A stretch of 55,264 nucleotides of DNA from Alphaproteobacteria bacterium (GCA_046882065.1 JBKSMY010000005.1:1-55264), one strand, 5' to 3'; counted from the stretch's first letter, positions 18,635-28,780 are shown. Translations and numbers: made by a program. Notes: a model not told the origin generated them from the sequence alone.

Positions 18635-19623
18635 TACTTTTCCAGTCCCAGATGCTTATACCCAGCCTCTGTAATCACACGCCCGCGTGGTGTACGCTGA
18701 ACAAACCCCAACTGCATCAAATAGGGTTCAATTACATCCTCGATTGTGTCGGACGGCTCTGACAAAGCCGCCGCCAGATTTTCAACACCAACTGGCCCCC
18801 CGGCATAGAACTTGATAATCATGTTCATATACTCACGGTCAATTTCATCCAATCCACATTCGTCAATATGCAACTGGAACAGGGTAGTTTTGATTATGTC
18901 GGCTGTAATTTGCTTCTTGCCCAACGCAGACGCAAAATCACGCGCGCGTTTCAATAATCTATTGGCAATACGCGGTGTCCCGCGCGCAGATTTTGCCAGC
19001 ATCAGTGCGCCATCCGCATCAATCGGCATACCCAAGATATTCGCACTGCGCATAATAATTTTTGCCAAATCATCTGGTGCATAGAACGTCAACCTTAAAT
19101 CGATTCCAAATCGGTCGCGCAACGGATTTGACAACAATCCAGTACGCGTTGTCGCGCCCACCAACGTGAATGGGGGCAGGTCAATCCGCACACTTTTCGC
19201 GCTTGGTCCTTCGCCCAGCATAATATCCAACTTGAAATCTTCCATTGCCGAATACAGGACTTCTTCAATTGCGGTCGGCAAACGATGAATTTCATCAATA
19301 AATAAAACATCCATCGGTTCTAATGCCGTCAATATCGCTGCTAAATCCCCTTGTTTAGTTAGCATTGGTGCCGCCGTCGCCCGGAAATTAGTTCCCAATT
19401 CATTAGCAACAATATGGGCCAGTGTTGTTTTGCCCAGTCCTGGGGGACCATACAACAAAACGTGATCCATGGCCTCGTTTCGACTGCGCGCCCCAGAAAT
19501 AAACACAGACAAATTCTGTTTCAGACTTTCATGTCCGATAAAGTCCCCCAGCGACCGCGGACGAATAGTCGCCGCAATATCATCTGGAATATTCGCATCT
19601 AAAAATCTTTCTTTATTCTGCAT
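18634..19623 (-). CDS. ruvB: Holliday junction branch migration helicase RuvB
   Basis: [14 protein letters not shown] Walker [10 protein letters not shown] Walker [22 protein letters not shown], and the C-terminal winged helix [18 protein letters not shown]. Confidence 0.96.
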   Translation of the reverse strand: MQNKERFLDANIPDDIAATIRPRSLGDFIGHESLKQNLSVFISGARSRNEAMDHVLLYGPPGLGKTTLAHIVANELGTNFRATAAPMLTKQGDLAAILTALEPMDVLFIDEIHRLPTAIEEVLYSAMEDFKLDIMLGEGPSAKSVRIDLPPFTLVGATTRTGLLSNPLRDRFGIDLRLTFYAPDDLAKIIMRSANILGMPIDADGALMLAKSARGTPRIANRLLKRARDFASALGKKQITADIIKTTLFQLHIDECGLDEIDREYMNMIIKFYAGGPVGVENLAAALSEPSDTIEDVIEPYLMQLGFVQRTPRGRVITEAGYKHLGLEK

Positions 19624-19626
19624 GGT

Positions 19627-20286
19627 TTACAACAACTTATCTTCTGCGTTTTCACGGCCAACATACGCCTTTAAATCGTTGTACATCTGACGCAAATCAG
19701 CCGGCTGGCTATACAACGCATCTGCACCACGAACACGAATTGTTTCTAAATCAATCTGCGCTTGTTTTTTCAAGACCTGGGTCATATGTGTTGCAAACGC
19801 GCGCGCTTCATCTGATTCTGCCGCCCCTTGCAACAACAATCCGCGATTTGGACGTGGCGACAAAAACGCAAAATCAGACACAGATGCATCTGGCGACACC
19901 AACGCAAATCCTGAAATTTCTGGGCGGCGCATCATTGCCTGCAGCACATACCACGCCCCCAATTGATGTCCCGCCAACCAGATTTTATCACTATCTTCAT
20001 TATGATTTTGAATCCAATCGATTACCGTCGCAATATCTAACATATTTTCAGATGTTGTTCCAATTGTTCCTTCGGAATCGCCAACACCACGATAATTAAA
20101 GCGCACCACAGAAAAACCAATATCCATAAATGCTCGAAACATAGCATAAGAAACACGGTCATTCATATGAAACTTTTGACGTGGATTGCCCGACAAAATC
20201 ACCGCCAAAGGCGCCGCCTCTTGAGCAGACTTGTGATAAACAGCATGTAATTTTCCTGATTCACCGGTAATAATTAAATCGACCAT
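19627..20286 (-). CDS. Alpha/beta hydrolase (COG2945-like)
   Basis: RFNYRGVGDSEG and the nucleophile-elbow-like LAGHQLGAW. 219 aa. Confidence 0.6.
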   Translation of the reverse strand: MVDLIITGESGKLHAVYHKSAQEAAPLAVILSGNPRQKFHMNDRVSYAMFRAFMDIGFSVVRFNYRGVGDSEGTIGTTSENMLDIATVIDWIQNHNEDSDKIWLAGHQLGAWYVLQAMMRRPEISGFALVSPDASVSDFAFLSPRPNRGLLLQGAAESDEARAFATHMTQVLKKQAQIDLETIRVRGADALYSQPADLRQMYNDLKAYVGRENAEDKLL

Positions 20287-20364
20287 TATTCCACCTTTCT
20301 TTTATTATTTACCCCTAACTTAGACCAAAGCGATTACAAATTTCAATAAAAATATTTTTTTGTT

Positions 20365-20394
20365 TTGACACAATTATCTAAAATGTTCTAAGAT
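20365..20394 (+). promoter_or_regulatory. Putative sigma70 promoter (TTGACA-N18-TAAGAT)
   Basis: ttgaca at 20365-20370 and taagat at 20389-20394, about 30 nt before the 20423 ATG. Confidence 0.35.
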
Positions 20395-20422
20395 TTATCA
20401 CGAGAGAACCAAAGGCTACACA

Positions 20423-21343
20423 ATGTTAAAACCTATTTTAAGTGCTGTTTTTGTTGGATTATACGCATTTTCTGCCCATGCAATGGACGAAGTTGTTTAC
20501 GACAACTTTCAGACAATTTATACAGAAACACCGGTTCAGTCCTACTATGCATATCCGGACGACCCTAACTTTATCCCGGAAACAGAATTTATGGAACGCG
20601 CGGACAGCCTTGACTATGATCAAAACATAATTGATGCCCGCAAGACAGAGGCTCAGGCACACCCAGGCGTAATGTTTGCGGATCGACCAATGGTAATTTG
20701 CCGTAATTTTGGTTGCACACGTTTGAACGATCGTATCACACGTTCATTTCTGTTCAACAGCCTGGCAAACATGTTCATGATGAACGCCCATTCCCGCGTA
20801 TATATATGCGAAGCCGACCCATTCTCACGCGATTGTTTACAATCCGGCATTTCATTCCCTGTACGCAGTGGCATCGCCAACGCAATGGTAAAAATACCCA
20901 AGGCAACCGTTTCTCAGGTCAGCATGTCAACCGGCCTGTCCAAGGCAACTGTCGGCATGACTTATGAATTCCTGGTAAATGGCATCAGCCGCGTATGTGA
21001 ACCGACCGTCATGGACATCATGGTTCCAGTTAATTCCGAAGCGGTCTTGTCAAACCGTGAATTCGCATGCAACATGACCAGCGATGGCATCAGCAGCGTT
21101 TCCTTGATTGTCAGCCTGGACTATATCGACCTGGACTATGGCATTCTGGGTGGCTATTATTCATTAGGTATGCAGGGTCCAACTACGGGTGGTGGCACAG
21201 GATACGCATTGTTCAAAACAGAATTCGCAACTGGTAACATGCAGTTCCGCGCAGCGACCTTTGAAGAAGATATGATGGGCGCAAACAATAACATGCGCAC
21301 AATTCAGCCTGGCGAATATGCGGTGGAACCCCTAAAAAAGTAA
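20423..21343 (+). CDS. Secreted hypothetical protein abutting the two-component genes
   Basis: Signal peptide MLKPILSAVFVGLYAFSAHA. Several Cys. The stop TAA is followed directly by the response-regulator ATG (taaatg at 21341-21346). Confidence 0.55.
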   Translation: MLKPILSAVFVGLYAFSAHAMDEVVYDNFQTIYTETPVQSYYAYPDDPNFIPETEFMERADSLDYDQNIIDARKTEAQAHPGVMFADRPMVICRNFGCTRLNDRITRSFLFNSLANMFMMNAHSRVYICEADPFSRDCLQSGISFPVRSGIANAMVKIPKATVSQVSMSTGLSKATVGMTYEFLVNGISRVCEPTVMDIMVPVNSEAVLSNREFACNMTSDGISSVSLIVSLDYIDLDYGILGGYYSLGMQGPTTGGGTGYALFKTEFATGNMQFRAATFEEDMMGANNNMRTIQPGEYAVEPLKK

Positions 21344-21991
21344 ATGAACAAAACCATTCTGATTGTTGATGATGACGACATATTGCGCAAAGCCCTAGGC
21401 ACAGGATTGCGCAACGAAGGATTCAACGTAATCTTATCTAATTCCGCAGAAAACGCATCTGACATATTAAACCGTCTGTCTGTTGACGCTATTGTCCTGG
21501 ACCGCATGATGACGGGCATGGACGGATTAACCTTTTTGCGCGCCATACGCGGGGCAGGCGACACGACCCCCGTCTTGATGTTAACAGCACTTAGTGGCGC
21601 AGAAAACGCAATCGCTGGATTGTCTGATGGGGCAAATGATTATTTGGCAAAACCCTTTCAAATCCGCGAACTAATATTGCGTCTGAATAACATTATTCGC
21701 CAAACCGCATCCACAGATAAGAAAATGCCATCGGGTCTAACGTTTACAGATAACGAATTTTTCGTCTTAACCCCAGGCTACGACATTCCGCAACTATTGG
21801 CGTTATCCGGCGAAGAAAAGAAATTATTGCAACATCTGACCAGGCCATTGGGCAATATTGCGCCCGCCGCGCCGATGGTCGCAAAACGCTTGCGCAATAA
21901 ATTAAATTTAGTATTATCACACCTAGACATAATAACAATACGGGGTCAAGGATATAAACTAATCGACAAATCCGCCACCCCGACAACATAA
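21344..21991 (+). CDS. OmpR-family response regulator
   Basis: Receiver motifs ILIVDDDD, VLDRMMTGMDG, LMLTA, and KPF. The C-terminal winged-helix remnant ITIRGQGYKL. Confidence 0.85.
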   Translation: MNKTILIVDDDDILRKALGTGLRNEGFNVILSNSAENASDILNRLSVDAIVLDRMMTGMDGLTFLRAIRGAGDTTPVLMLTALSGAENAIAGLSDGANDYLAKPFQIRELILRLNNIIRQTASTDKKMPSGLTFTDNEFFVLTPGYDIPQLLALSGEEKKLLQHLTRPLGNIAPAAPMVAKRLRNKLNLVLSHLDIITIRGQGYKLIDKSATPTT

Positions 21992-22003
21992 ACGGAAAAT
22001 GTT

Positions 22004-23284
22004 ATGAGATTGATTCCTCGCAGTTTTTTGTGGCGCACCATCTTAATGGTATTGATTCCGCTGATTATCGCCCAGGTTATTGTTGCCAACGCGTTCTTTG
22101 GCAATCATTGGTCGCGCGTACACAATACTTTGGCGCGCACATTGGCGGGCGAAATCACAACAATGATGAACTTTATTGACGAAGGCAACACCGACGCGGT
22201 ACAAAAAATGGCTCGCGACATCGGCATCAATGTCACATTTCATGAAAAATTAAATCGTCCAAAACATAACGACAACCAGGCGCACGAAACAGGGCGTTTG
22301 GCATCTGAACTATCTCAACGTTTACAAAGACGCGCCAACATCTATATGGATCGCGGCAAACGCTTGGTTTTTGTCGACGTACCAACGGGGAACAATCAAG
22401 TTGCAACATTTGGCACATCACTGTACCGAATTTATTCGACCAGTACCGAAGTCTTTATTATCTGGTTGCTGGGTTCTATATTGATTGTTTCTATCTTGAT
22501 TGCTCCATTTATCATCATGCACACACGCAGCATACGCCGTATTGCGCGCGCTGCTGGGCGTTTTGGTCGCGGTCTGGACGCACCGGGTTTTGTTCCAACA
22601 GGTTCCAAAGAAATTCGCGAAGCGGCCACATCCATGATTACAATGAAAGAACGTCTGGACAGATACAATCGCACGCGTACTGACATGTTAAATGCGGTCA
22701 GCCACGATTTGAAAGCACCTTTGACCCGTATGCGTCTGGCGGTTGAAACAAACACGGCAACGAACGACGATTTAATCCGTGACATTGATCGCATGACAGA
22801 AATGGTAAATGGCTATCTGGCATTTGCACGGGGTGAAACGCCTGAAATAGAACAGGCAACCGAATTGCCACCAATGTTGACACGCATTGCGCGCGACGCA
22901 GCACCTGACAAAAAAATCATTACTGATTTCCCAGATGCACCGGTCCAGTTCTATGCTCGACCAATGGCATTGGCTCGTGCATTCAGTAATGTTATTGAAA
23001 ACGCCGCCAGATATGCGAAAAAGACAATCAAAATCACAGAACACGACACCGTCGACATGGTTGAAATAATCATAGAAGACGACGGCCCGGGCATTCCTGA
23101 CGACCGCAAACGCGACGCGATGCGCCCATTTGTACGTCTGGACGACGCGCGTGGTTCCGACACAGGTGGCACGGGGCTGGGGTTGTCTATTGCGCAAACA
23201 GCCATTGAAAATCACGGCGGACAAATGTTCCTGGAAAACAGCGAACTGGGCGGTCTGCGTGTCAGAATTGTTTTACCAATATAA
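22004..23284 (+). CDS. EnvZ-like sensor histidine kinase
   Basis: Two TM segments and a HAMP-like region. H-box SHDLKAPLTRMRL, N-box NVIENAARYA, G1 DDGPGIP, and G2 GGTGLGLSIA. Confidence 0.85.
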   Translation: MRLIPRSFLWRTILMVLIPLIIAQVIVANAFFGNHWSRVHNTLARTLAGEITTMMNFIDEGNTDAVQKMARDIGINVTFHEKLNRPKHNDNQAHETGRLASELSQRLQRRANIYMDRGKRLVFVDVPTGNNQVATFGTSLYRIYSTSTEVFIIWLLGSILIVSILIAPFIIMHTRSIRRIARAAGRFGRGLDAPGFVPTGSKEIREAATSMITMKERLDRYNRTRTDMLNAVSHDLKAPLTRMRLAVETNTATNDDLIRDIDRMTEMVNGYLAFARGETPEIEQATELPPMLTRIARDAAPDKKIITDFPDAPVQFYARPMALARAFSNVIENAARYAKKTIKITEHDTVDMVEIIIEDDGPGIPDDRKRDAMRPFVRLDDARGSDTGGTGLGLSIAQTAIENHGGQMFLENSELGGLRVRIVLPI

Positions 23285-23309
23285 AATATCATAGCAAGGG
23301 TATCAGAAA

Positions 23310-25016
23310 ATGAACTTATATAAATATGTATCAACCGCAATCAATGAAAAACTGGGAACATCGGTTAATTTAGAGGTTCCACGCAACCGTGAATTTGGCG
23401 ACTTTTCAACGAATGCCGCCATGGTTATGGCAAAATCAGCCGGAAAAAATCCACGCGAATTGGCGGCGGAAATCCTGCCTAAATTAACAGAATTAGATTT
23501 CGTTGCCGACGCATCAATCGCCGGCCCTGGTTTTATCAATATCAAATTGCGCGATGATTTTATATGGGAATCAGCAGGTCAACCTCAAACTCCGCGTGCA
23601 GACACCTGTCAAACAATCGATTTAGACTATGGTGCATATAATGTCGCAAAATCTTTGCACATTGGGCATTTGCGCACATCAATTGTCGGCGACACATTCA
23701 ACCGTATTGCAAAATTGCTGGGTCACAAAACATATTCTTGGAATCACATTGGCGACTGGGGCAAACCAATGGCATTGGTAATTGCATGGATTGAACGCCT
23801 GCACCCAGAATTGCCATATTTCAGCGACGACTTCGACCCAGACACACCGGTTGACTTTGAAATCAATCCATCTGAATTAAACACCTACTATCCCGCGGCC
23901 AGTTCATTTGCCAAAGAAAACCCAGAATTCCAGGCTCACGCCCAGGATATCAAGGCCAAATTCCAGGACGGACATGCGGGCTATTTTGCATTGTATGAAA
24001 AATTCCTGAAAATATCATTGGACATGATGAACGACACGGTCAAACGCTTGAATATCTTGCCATTTGATTATGATTTGGGCGAACGCAACGCCGCAAAATA
24101 CCTGGACGATGTTGAAAAAATCCTGCGCGCCAAAGACCTGATTGTCGAAAGTGACGGCGCCCAGGTTATCATCGTTAAACGCGACGACGACAACAAGCCA
24201 ATGCCACCATACATGTGGACGGATTCACGCGGTGCAGACACATACGATTCTACGGACCTGGCCGCCGTGTATTGTCGCAAACAGGTTGACAACCCAGATA
24301 AAATTATTTATTTCACCGACCTGCGCCAAGGTCTGCACTTTGAACAGTTATTCCGTGCATCTGAAATATCCGGAATTTTTGATTACAAGAACCTGGAACA
24401 CATTGGCTATGGCACAATCAACGGTCGCGACGGCAAACCGTTCAAGACCCGCGATGGCAATGCGGCCGGCCTGGACGACATTATTGATGCTGTGAACGAT
24501 GCGGTCAATGCGCGCGTTGCAGAATCTGGCAAATCATTAGACGCGGACACAATTTCCGCAATTGCATTGGCGGCGGTTAAGTTCAACGATTTAATGCACG
24601 ACGTTCGTTCTGATTATATCTTTGACCCTGCATCCGTCACCAGTTTCGAAGGCCGCACAGGCCCATACATTCTGTACACAGCGGTACGTTTGAACAGTGT
24701 TTTAAAGCGCGCAACCGATATGCCAAGCGCAAATTACATGCCTTTGAACACAGACGAACGCAATCTGTTGATTGGCATTTTAGACTTTGAGCGTACAGTC
24801 ATCAGCGCATTTGAAAACCGCGCGACAGATATGCTTGCCAACTATGCCTATGACTTGTGCCAGTTGATAAATACATTCTATCACAACTGTCCAATTCTGC
24901 GCGACGACGTTCCTGCGGACACACGCGCGGCACGTCTGCACATTGCGACAATTGCCCGCGACACATTGGCAAAAACGATTGACTTAATGGGGTTAAAAAT
25001 CCCATCTGAAATGTAA
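23310..25016 (+). CDS. argS: Arginine--tRNA ligase
   Basis: N-terminal Arg_tRNA_synt_N-like FGDFSTNAAM, class I HIGH (SLHIGHLRTSIVGD), and the DALR anticodon-binding end. Confidence 0.92.
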   Translation: MNLYKYVSTAINEKLGTSVNLEVPRNREFGDFSTNAAMVMAKSAGKNPRELAAEILPKLTELDFVADASIAGPGFINIKLRDDFIWESAGQPQTPRADTCQTIDLDYGAYNVAKSLHIGHLRTSIVGDTFNRIAKLLGHKTYSWNHIGDWGKPMALVIAWIERLHPELPYFSDDFDPDTPVDFEINPSELNTYYPAASSFAKENPEFQAHAQDIKAKFQDGHAGYFALYEKFLKISLDMMNDTVKRLNILPFDYDLGERNAAKYLDDVEKILRAKDLIVESDGAQVIIVKRDDDNKPMPPYMWTDSRGADTYDSTDLAAVYCRKQVDNPDKIIYFTDLRQGLHFEQLFRASEISGIFDYKNLEHIGYGTINGRDGKPFKTRDGNAAGLDDIIDAVNDAVNARVAESGKSLDADTISAIALAAVKFNDLMHDVRSDYIFDPASVTSFEGRTGPYILYTAVRLNSVLKRATDMPSANYMPLNTDERNLLIGILDFERTVISAFENRATDMLANYAYDLCQLINTFYHNCPILRDDVPADTRAARLHIATIARDTLAKTIDLMGLKIPSEM

Positions 25017-25017
25017 G

Positions 25018-25045
25018 AAACGCCCGTTTGGGCGTTTTATTTTTC
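25018..25045 (+). terminator. Rho-independent terminator after argS
   Basis: acgccc-gttt-gggcgt followed by tttattttt. Confidence 0.6.
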
Positions 25046-25068
25046 TTAAGAAAAACTGTCTATTGCCC

Positions 25069-25097
25069 CTTGAAAAGAAATTTTGCATAACTATATG
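25069..25097 (+). promoter_or_regulatory. Possible RpoH (sigma32)-type heat-shock promoter for dnaK
   Basis: CTTGAAA at 25069 and CTATAT at 25091 approximate the alphaproteobacterial CTTG-N17-CYTATNT consensus, though the spacing is one nt longer. SD aaggag at 25118. Confidence 0.35.
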
Positions 25098-25130
25098 GTG
25101 GGTAAGCAAATTTTTTAAGGAGTAAAAAAC

Positions 25131-27026
25131 ATGGGAAAAGTAATTGGTATTGACTTGGGTACAACAAATTCGGCCATGGCATTCATGGACGGTTCTGACC
25201 CAAAAATTATCGAAAATTCCGAGGGTCAGCGCACCACACCATCTGTTGTTGCATTGACTTCAAACGGCGAACAACTGGTCGGCATTACTGCCAAGAACCA
25301 GGCGGTCACCAATCCTGAAAACACAATCTATGAAATCAAACGTTTGATGGGCTTGCGCTTTGACAGCCCAGCGGTCCGTGAAATTGCGGCACGCGTTCCA
25401 TATAAAATCGTTGCGGGCGACAATGGCGACGCATGGGTTGAAATGGACGGCAAGAAATATGCCCCATCCCAGATTTCAGCAATGATTTTGACAAAATTGA
25501 AAAAAGACGCCGAATCCTATCTGGGCGAACCTGTCACCGACGCGGTTATTACCGTTCCTGCATACTTTAACGATTCCCAGCGCCAGGCAACCAAAGACGC
25601 CGGTCGTATCGCAGGCTTGAACGTATTGCGTATTGTTAACGAACCAACGGCCGCGGCATTGGCATACGGCCTGGACAAAGGCAAAGACGGCATTATCGCG
25701 GTTTATGACCTTGGTGGTGGTACATTCGACGTATCTATTTTGGAAATCATTGACGGCGTATTCGAAGTAAAATCAACCAACGGCGATACAGCCCTGGGTG
25801 GTTCTGACTTTGATGCGCGCATTTTGGAACACTTGATTGCTGAATTCAAATCCCAGACTGGCATTGACCTGTCGGGCGACAAATTGGCATTACAACGTCT
25901 GAAAGAAGCCGCAGAAAAGGCGAAAATCGAATTGTCATCCAAGACATCAACTGACATCAATCTGCCATTCTTGACAGCGGACGCAACGGGTCCAAAACAC
26001 TTTAACACGACCCTGACACGCGCTAAATTGGAATCATTGGTTGCAGACTTGATTGAACGCACAATTGAACCATGCAAAAAGGCATTGAAAGACGCAGGCC
26101 TAGAAAAATCACAAATTAACGAAGTAATCTTGGTTGGTGGCCAAACCCGCATGCCAAAGGTTGCGGAAACAGTTAAAGAATTCTTTGGTCGTGAACCACA
26201 CAAGGGCGTTAACCCAGACGAAGTAGTTGGCATGGGTGCAGCCATCCAGGGTGGCGTATTAAAGGGCGACGTCAAAGATGTTCTGTTGCTGGACGTAACA
26301 CCATTGTCATTGGGCATTGAAACATTGGGTGGCGTGTTCACACGTTTGATTGATCGCAACACAACAATCCCAACCAAGAAATCCCAGGTATTCAGTACCG
26401 CCGAAGACAACCAATCGGCTGTGACCATCCGCGTATTCCAGGGCGAACGCGATATGGCTGCTGACAACAAATTACTGGGTCAATTTAATCTGGAAGGTAT
26501 CGCACCGGCCCCACGCGGCATGCCACAAATCGAAGTTTCATTTGACATCGACGCAAACGGCATTGTTCATGTATCGGCCAAGGACAAAGGCACGGGCAAA
26601 GAACAGGCGATTTCCATTAAATCTGACGGCGGTCTGTCCGAAGAAGAAATCAAACGCATGGTTGACGAAGCCGCTGCAAATGCCGAAGCAGACAAATTAA
26701 AACGCGAACTGGCCGAAGCCAAGAACACAGCGGAAACTGCAATCTTCAGCATTGAAAAATCGTTAAAAGAACACGGCGACAAAATCAGCGAAGAAGATAA
26801 AAAGTCAATCGAAGATGCCAAGAAAGAATTGGCAGACGAATTGGCCAAGGCAGACGCAACCGCAGAAAGTCTGAAGGTAAAAACAGACGCATTAAGCGAA
26901 CGCGCCATGAAACTGGGCGAAGCGGTCTACAAAGCACAGCAGGCCGAGCAGGGCGCATCCGCCGACAGCGCAGAAAAGAAAAACGACGACGGCACCGTTG
27001 ACGCAGACTTTTCTGAAAAGAAATAA
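25131..27026 (+). CDS. dnaK: Molecular chaperone DnaK (Hsp70)
   Basis: [30 protein letters not shown], and the C-terminal lid. 631 aa. Confidence 0.98.
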   Translation: MGKVIGIDLGTTNSAMAFMDGSDPKIIENSEGQRTTPSVVALTSNGEQLVGITAKNQAVTNPENTIYEIKRLMGLRFDSPAVREIAARVPYKIVAGDNGDAWVEMDGKKYAPSQISAMILTKLKKDAESYLGEPVTDAVITVPAYFNDSQRQATKDAGRIAGLNVLRIVNEPTAAALAYGLDKGKDGIIAVYDLGGGTFDVSILEIIDGVFEVKSTNGDTALGGSDFDARILEHLIAEFKSQTGIDLSGDKLALQRLKEAAEKAKIELSSKTSTDINLPFLTADATGPKHFNTTLTRAKLESLVADLIERTIEPCKKALKDAGLEKSQINEVILVGGQTRMPKVAETVKEFFGREPHKGVNPDEVVGMGAAIQGGVLKGDVKDVLLLDVTPLSLGIETLGGVFTRLIDRNTTIPTKKSQVFSTAEDNQSAVTIRVFQGERDMAADNKLLGQFNLEGIAPAPRGMPQIEVSFDIDANGIVHVSAKDKGTGKEQAISIKSDGGLSEEEIKRMVDEAAANAEADKLKRELAEAKNTAETAIFSIEKSLKEHGDKISEEDKKSIEDAKKELADELAKADATAESLKVKTDALSERAMKLGEAVYKAQQAEQGASADSAEKKNDDGTVDADFSEKK

Positions 27027-27055
27027 CAAAATCCCCCAAACGGGGGATTTTTTGT
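27027..27055 (+). terminator. Rho-independent terminator after dnaK
   Basis: atccccc-aaac-gggggat followed by ttttttg. Confidence 0.65.
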
Positions 27056-27069
27056 GTTTGTTTTATTAA

Positions 27070-27099
27070 TTGACTTTTATTTTCTTATTTTGTTAGAAT
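27070..27099 (+). promoter_or_regulatory. Near-consensus sigma70 promoter (TTGACT-N18-TAGAAT)
   Basis: ttgact at 27070-27075 and tagaat at 27094-27099, immediately downstream of the dnaK terminator. Confidence 0.5.
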
Positions 27100-27105
27100 A
27101 ATTGT

Positions 27106-27288
27106 GTCATGGTGACCTTGCCATGATGGGGTGTCGAAACCCTTGAAAACGGCGTCCGTGATGCGGATGAACAAATCTCCAACCGGCAGGGTTGGAGGGT
27201 TGGTGAATATATTGAATAGCCACACTATACCGTTTTATAGTTTCGAACCTCCAACCGCTTTTGATTTATCAATGCGGTTTTTATTTTT
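27106..27288 (+). ncRNA. Structured leader or small RNA of about 180 nt with attenuator-like alternative pairings, ending in an intrinsic terminator
   Basis: Hairpins: tcatgg/ccatga (27107-27126), cgtccg/cggatg (27153-27169), and ctccaacc/ggttggag (27177-27196). The segment ggttggagg (27189-27197) is also perfectly complementary to cctccaacc (27248-27256). That second segment overlaps the 5' arm of the terminator aaccgc..ttgat/atcaa..gcggtt (27253-27279), which is followed by tttatttttgg. Confidence 0.4.
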
Positions 27289-27299
27289 GGGGGATAAAG

Positions 27300-27497
27300 T
27301 TGAGACGAATTGTTTTATTTTTAATATTGCTGATTCCATATGGCGCATGGGCCGATTTGGCATCAACAACATATGTAAAGAACGCCACATCAACGCATGT
27401 TGATACCGCGCAATCTGCAAATCAAACAATGGCGGGTACATATACTGTGTCGGGTACGCTGGTTGTTCCCACCCCGGCGTTACCATCCGCAGAATAA
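27300..27497 (+). CDS. Small secreted peptide (65 codons, TTG start)
   Basis: SD ggggga lies 5 nt before the TTG at 27300. Signal peptide (M)RRIVLFLILLIPYGAWA|DLASTTYV. The mature part is 43 aa, Thr/Ser/Ala-rich, with no Cys. Confidence 0.35.
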   Translation: MRRIVLFLILLIPYGAWADLASTTYVKNATSTHVDTAQSANQTMAGTYTVSGTLVVPTPALPSAE

Positions 27498-27517
27498 GGA
27501 AGGAATGCCCGCCACCA

Positions 27518-28737
27518 TGAAGAAATTAATATTATTTTTATTTATGCTGATAATTGCCCCGGTACAATCTGCCCAGATTGCAAATGTTGATTATATACAC
27601 ACCGCCATCGCGGACAAATGGGATATCACAATTCCGTACAACCGCGAAATAACAAATGTTGGTGTTGCGGCGAATATGAAATACTTGTTGACGGCGGTGG
27701 ATGTTGCAAATGAAATATTGAATGGGAAAAAGACCACCGATTATGGCAATGGTGAATTTGCGACAATGGTTGCCGCCGATACGGTCGCAACAGACACAGC
27801 GGTGGAAACGTTGATTCAGAAAAATGCAGATACGGGATACAAATTCACCGCAACAATTGATTTGAGTTTGTATGATGATAATGATTGGGGTTGGGGGGCC
27901 CCAACAGAATTTGGTTTTGATTTGGGGGCGGCGGGCACATTTTATGTTGATTGGGGCGATGGAACAACCGAAACCATTAAGAAAGACAATACGGACGCGG
28001 TCACATACACCCATGATTATGGCATGACATCTGGCACATATACCGTGAAAATTGGCGGTATGGCCACCGATTACAGCGATGATGAATATACGCCAGCGAT
28101 ATCTTTTAGTGTGGATTTTGGCGCTGCGTCTGCTTATTCGCAGGCAATAACCGAAATTTCCGGTTCGTTGGGTGCGATATTCCCGACATTATCGGATGGC
28201 TCGCAACCGCGGTTCTATTCTTTATTTTATGATGCCAGTTTCGCAGAAATACCGCCAGAATTGTTTGAAGGCATTCATGGTGCGCCGGTATCAAATATGT
28301 TTGCTTTAGCTTTTGCCTATAACGACAACTTGACCGGTATTCCGGAAAATCTGTTTAGCGGGATTGTGGGTAGTGCGCCGTATATGTTCCATTCCACCTT
28401 TGAGTGGTGCTATTTCCTGACTGGTATTCCTGAAAATCTGTTCAGTGGTATCACAGGTGCGGCTGAAGGTATGTTTCTGCGCACTTTTAGTTATTGTGAT
28501 GGTCTGACCAAAATTCCTGAAAACCTGTTCAGTGGTGTCACAGACCTGGCCGAAGGTGTGTTTCTGGGCACGTTTTCTGATTGTTATTATCTAACCGGGC
28601 CGTCGGCACGGATTAATGGAAAATATTTATATGAAATATGGCCGGATGCAACATGGGACCAGGTTGGTGCTATGTATTACGAGGCAACGGGCTTGGATGA
28701 TTATGATAATATTCCAGATGTATGGAAAAAATATTAA
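27518..28737 (+). CDS. Secreted BspA-like / DUF285-like leucine-rich-repeat protein
   Basis: Signal peptide MKKLILFLFMLIIAPVQSA. Tandem repeats LTGIPENLFSGI.G.A..MF..TF..C..LT(G/K)IPENLFSG, present at least four times. Confidence 0.65.
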
Positions 28738-28766
28738 AAAAACCACCCAATGGGTGGTTTTTTTGT
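28736..28766. terminator. Bidirectional hairpin terminator (LRR gene / rplS)
   Basis: aaaaaa-accaccc-aat-gggtggt-ttttttt. Confidence 0.6.
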
Positions 28767-28780
28767 TTAACAAATAATTA

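Noticed and set aside
25703-26470. 255-aa ORF antisense to dnaK
   Set aside because: Long stop-free antisense frames are a known compositional artefact of hsp70 genes. The sense strand is an unmistakable DnaK. The antisense product is low-complexity (Ser/Pro/Asn-rich) and has no start context.
27106-27288. Assignment of the leader to a known RNA family (cobalamin riboswitch because of GCCACAC, tmRNA or tRNA-like because of GTCGAAAC/GGTTCGAAAC strings, 6S, or SRP RNA)
   Set aside because: None of the defining conserved cores is present (B12 box with GGGAA/GGTGAAA context, SRP GGAA/AGCA loops, 6S end-pairing, tmRNA tag ORF). The similarities are single short strings only.
27131-27403. 90-aa ORF spanning the structured leader
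   Set aside because: It uses a non-ATG start, has no SD, runs through several stable hairpins and the terminator, and overlaps the better-supported signal-peptide ORF in another frame.
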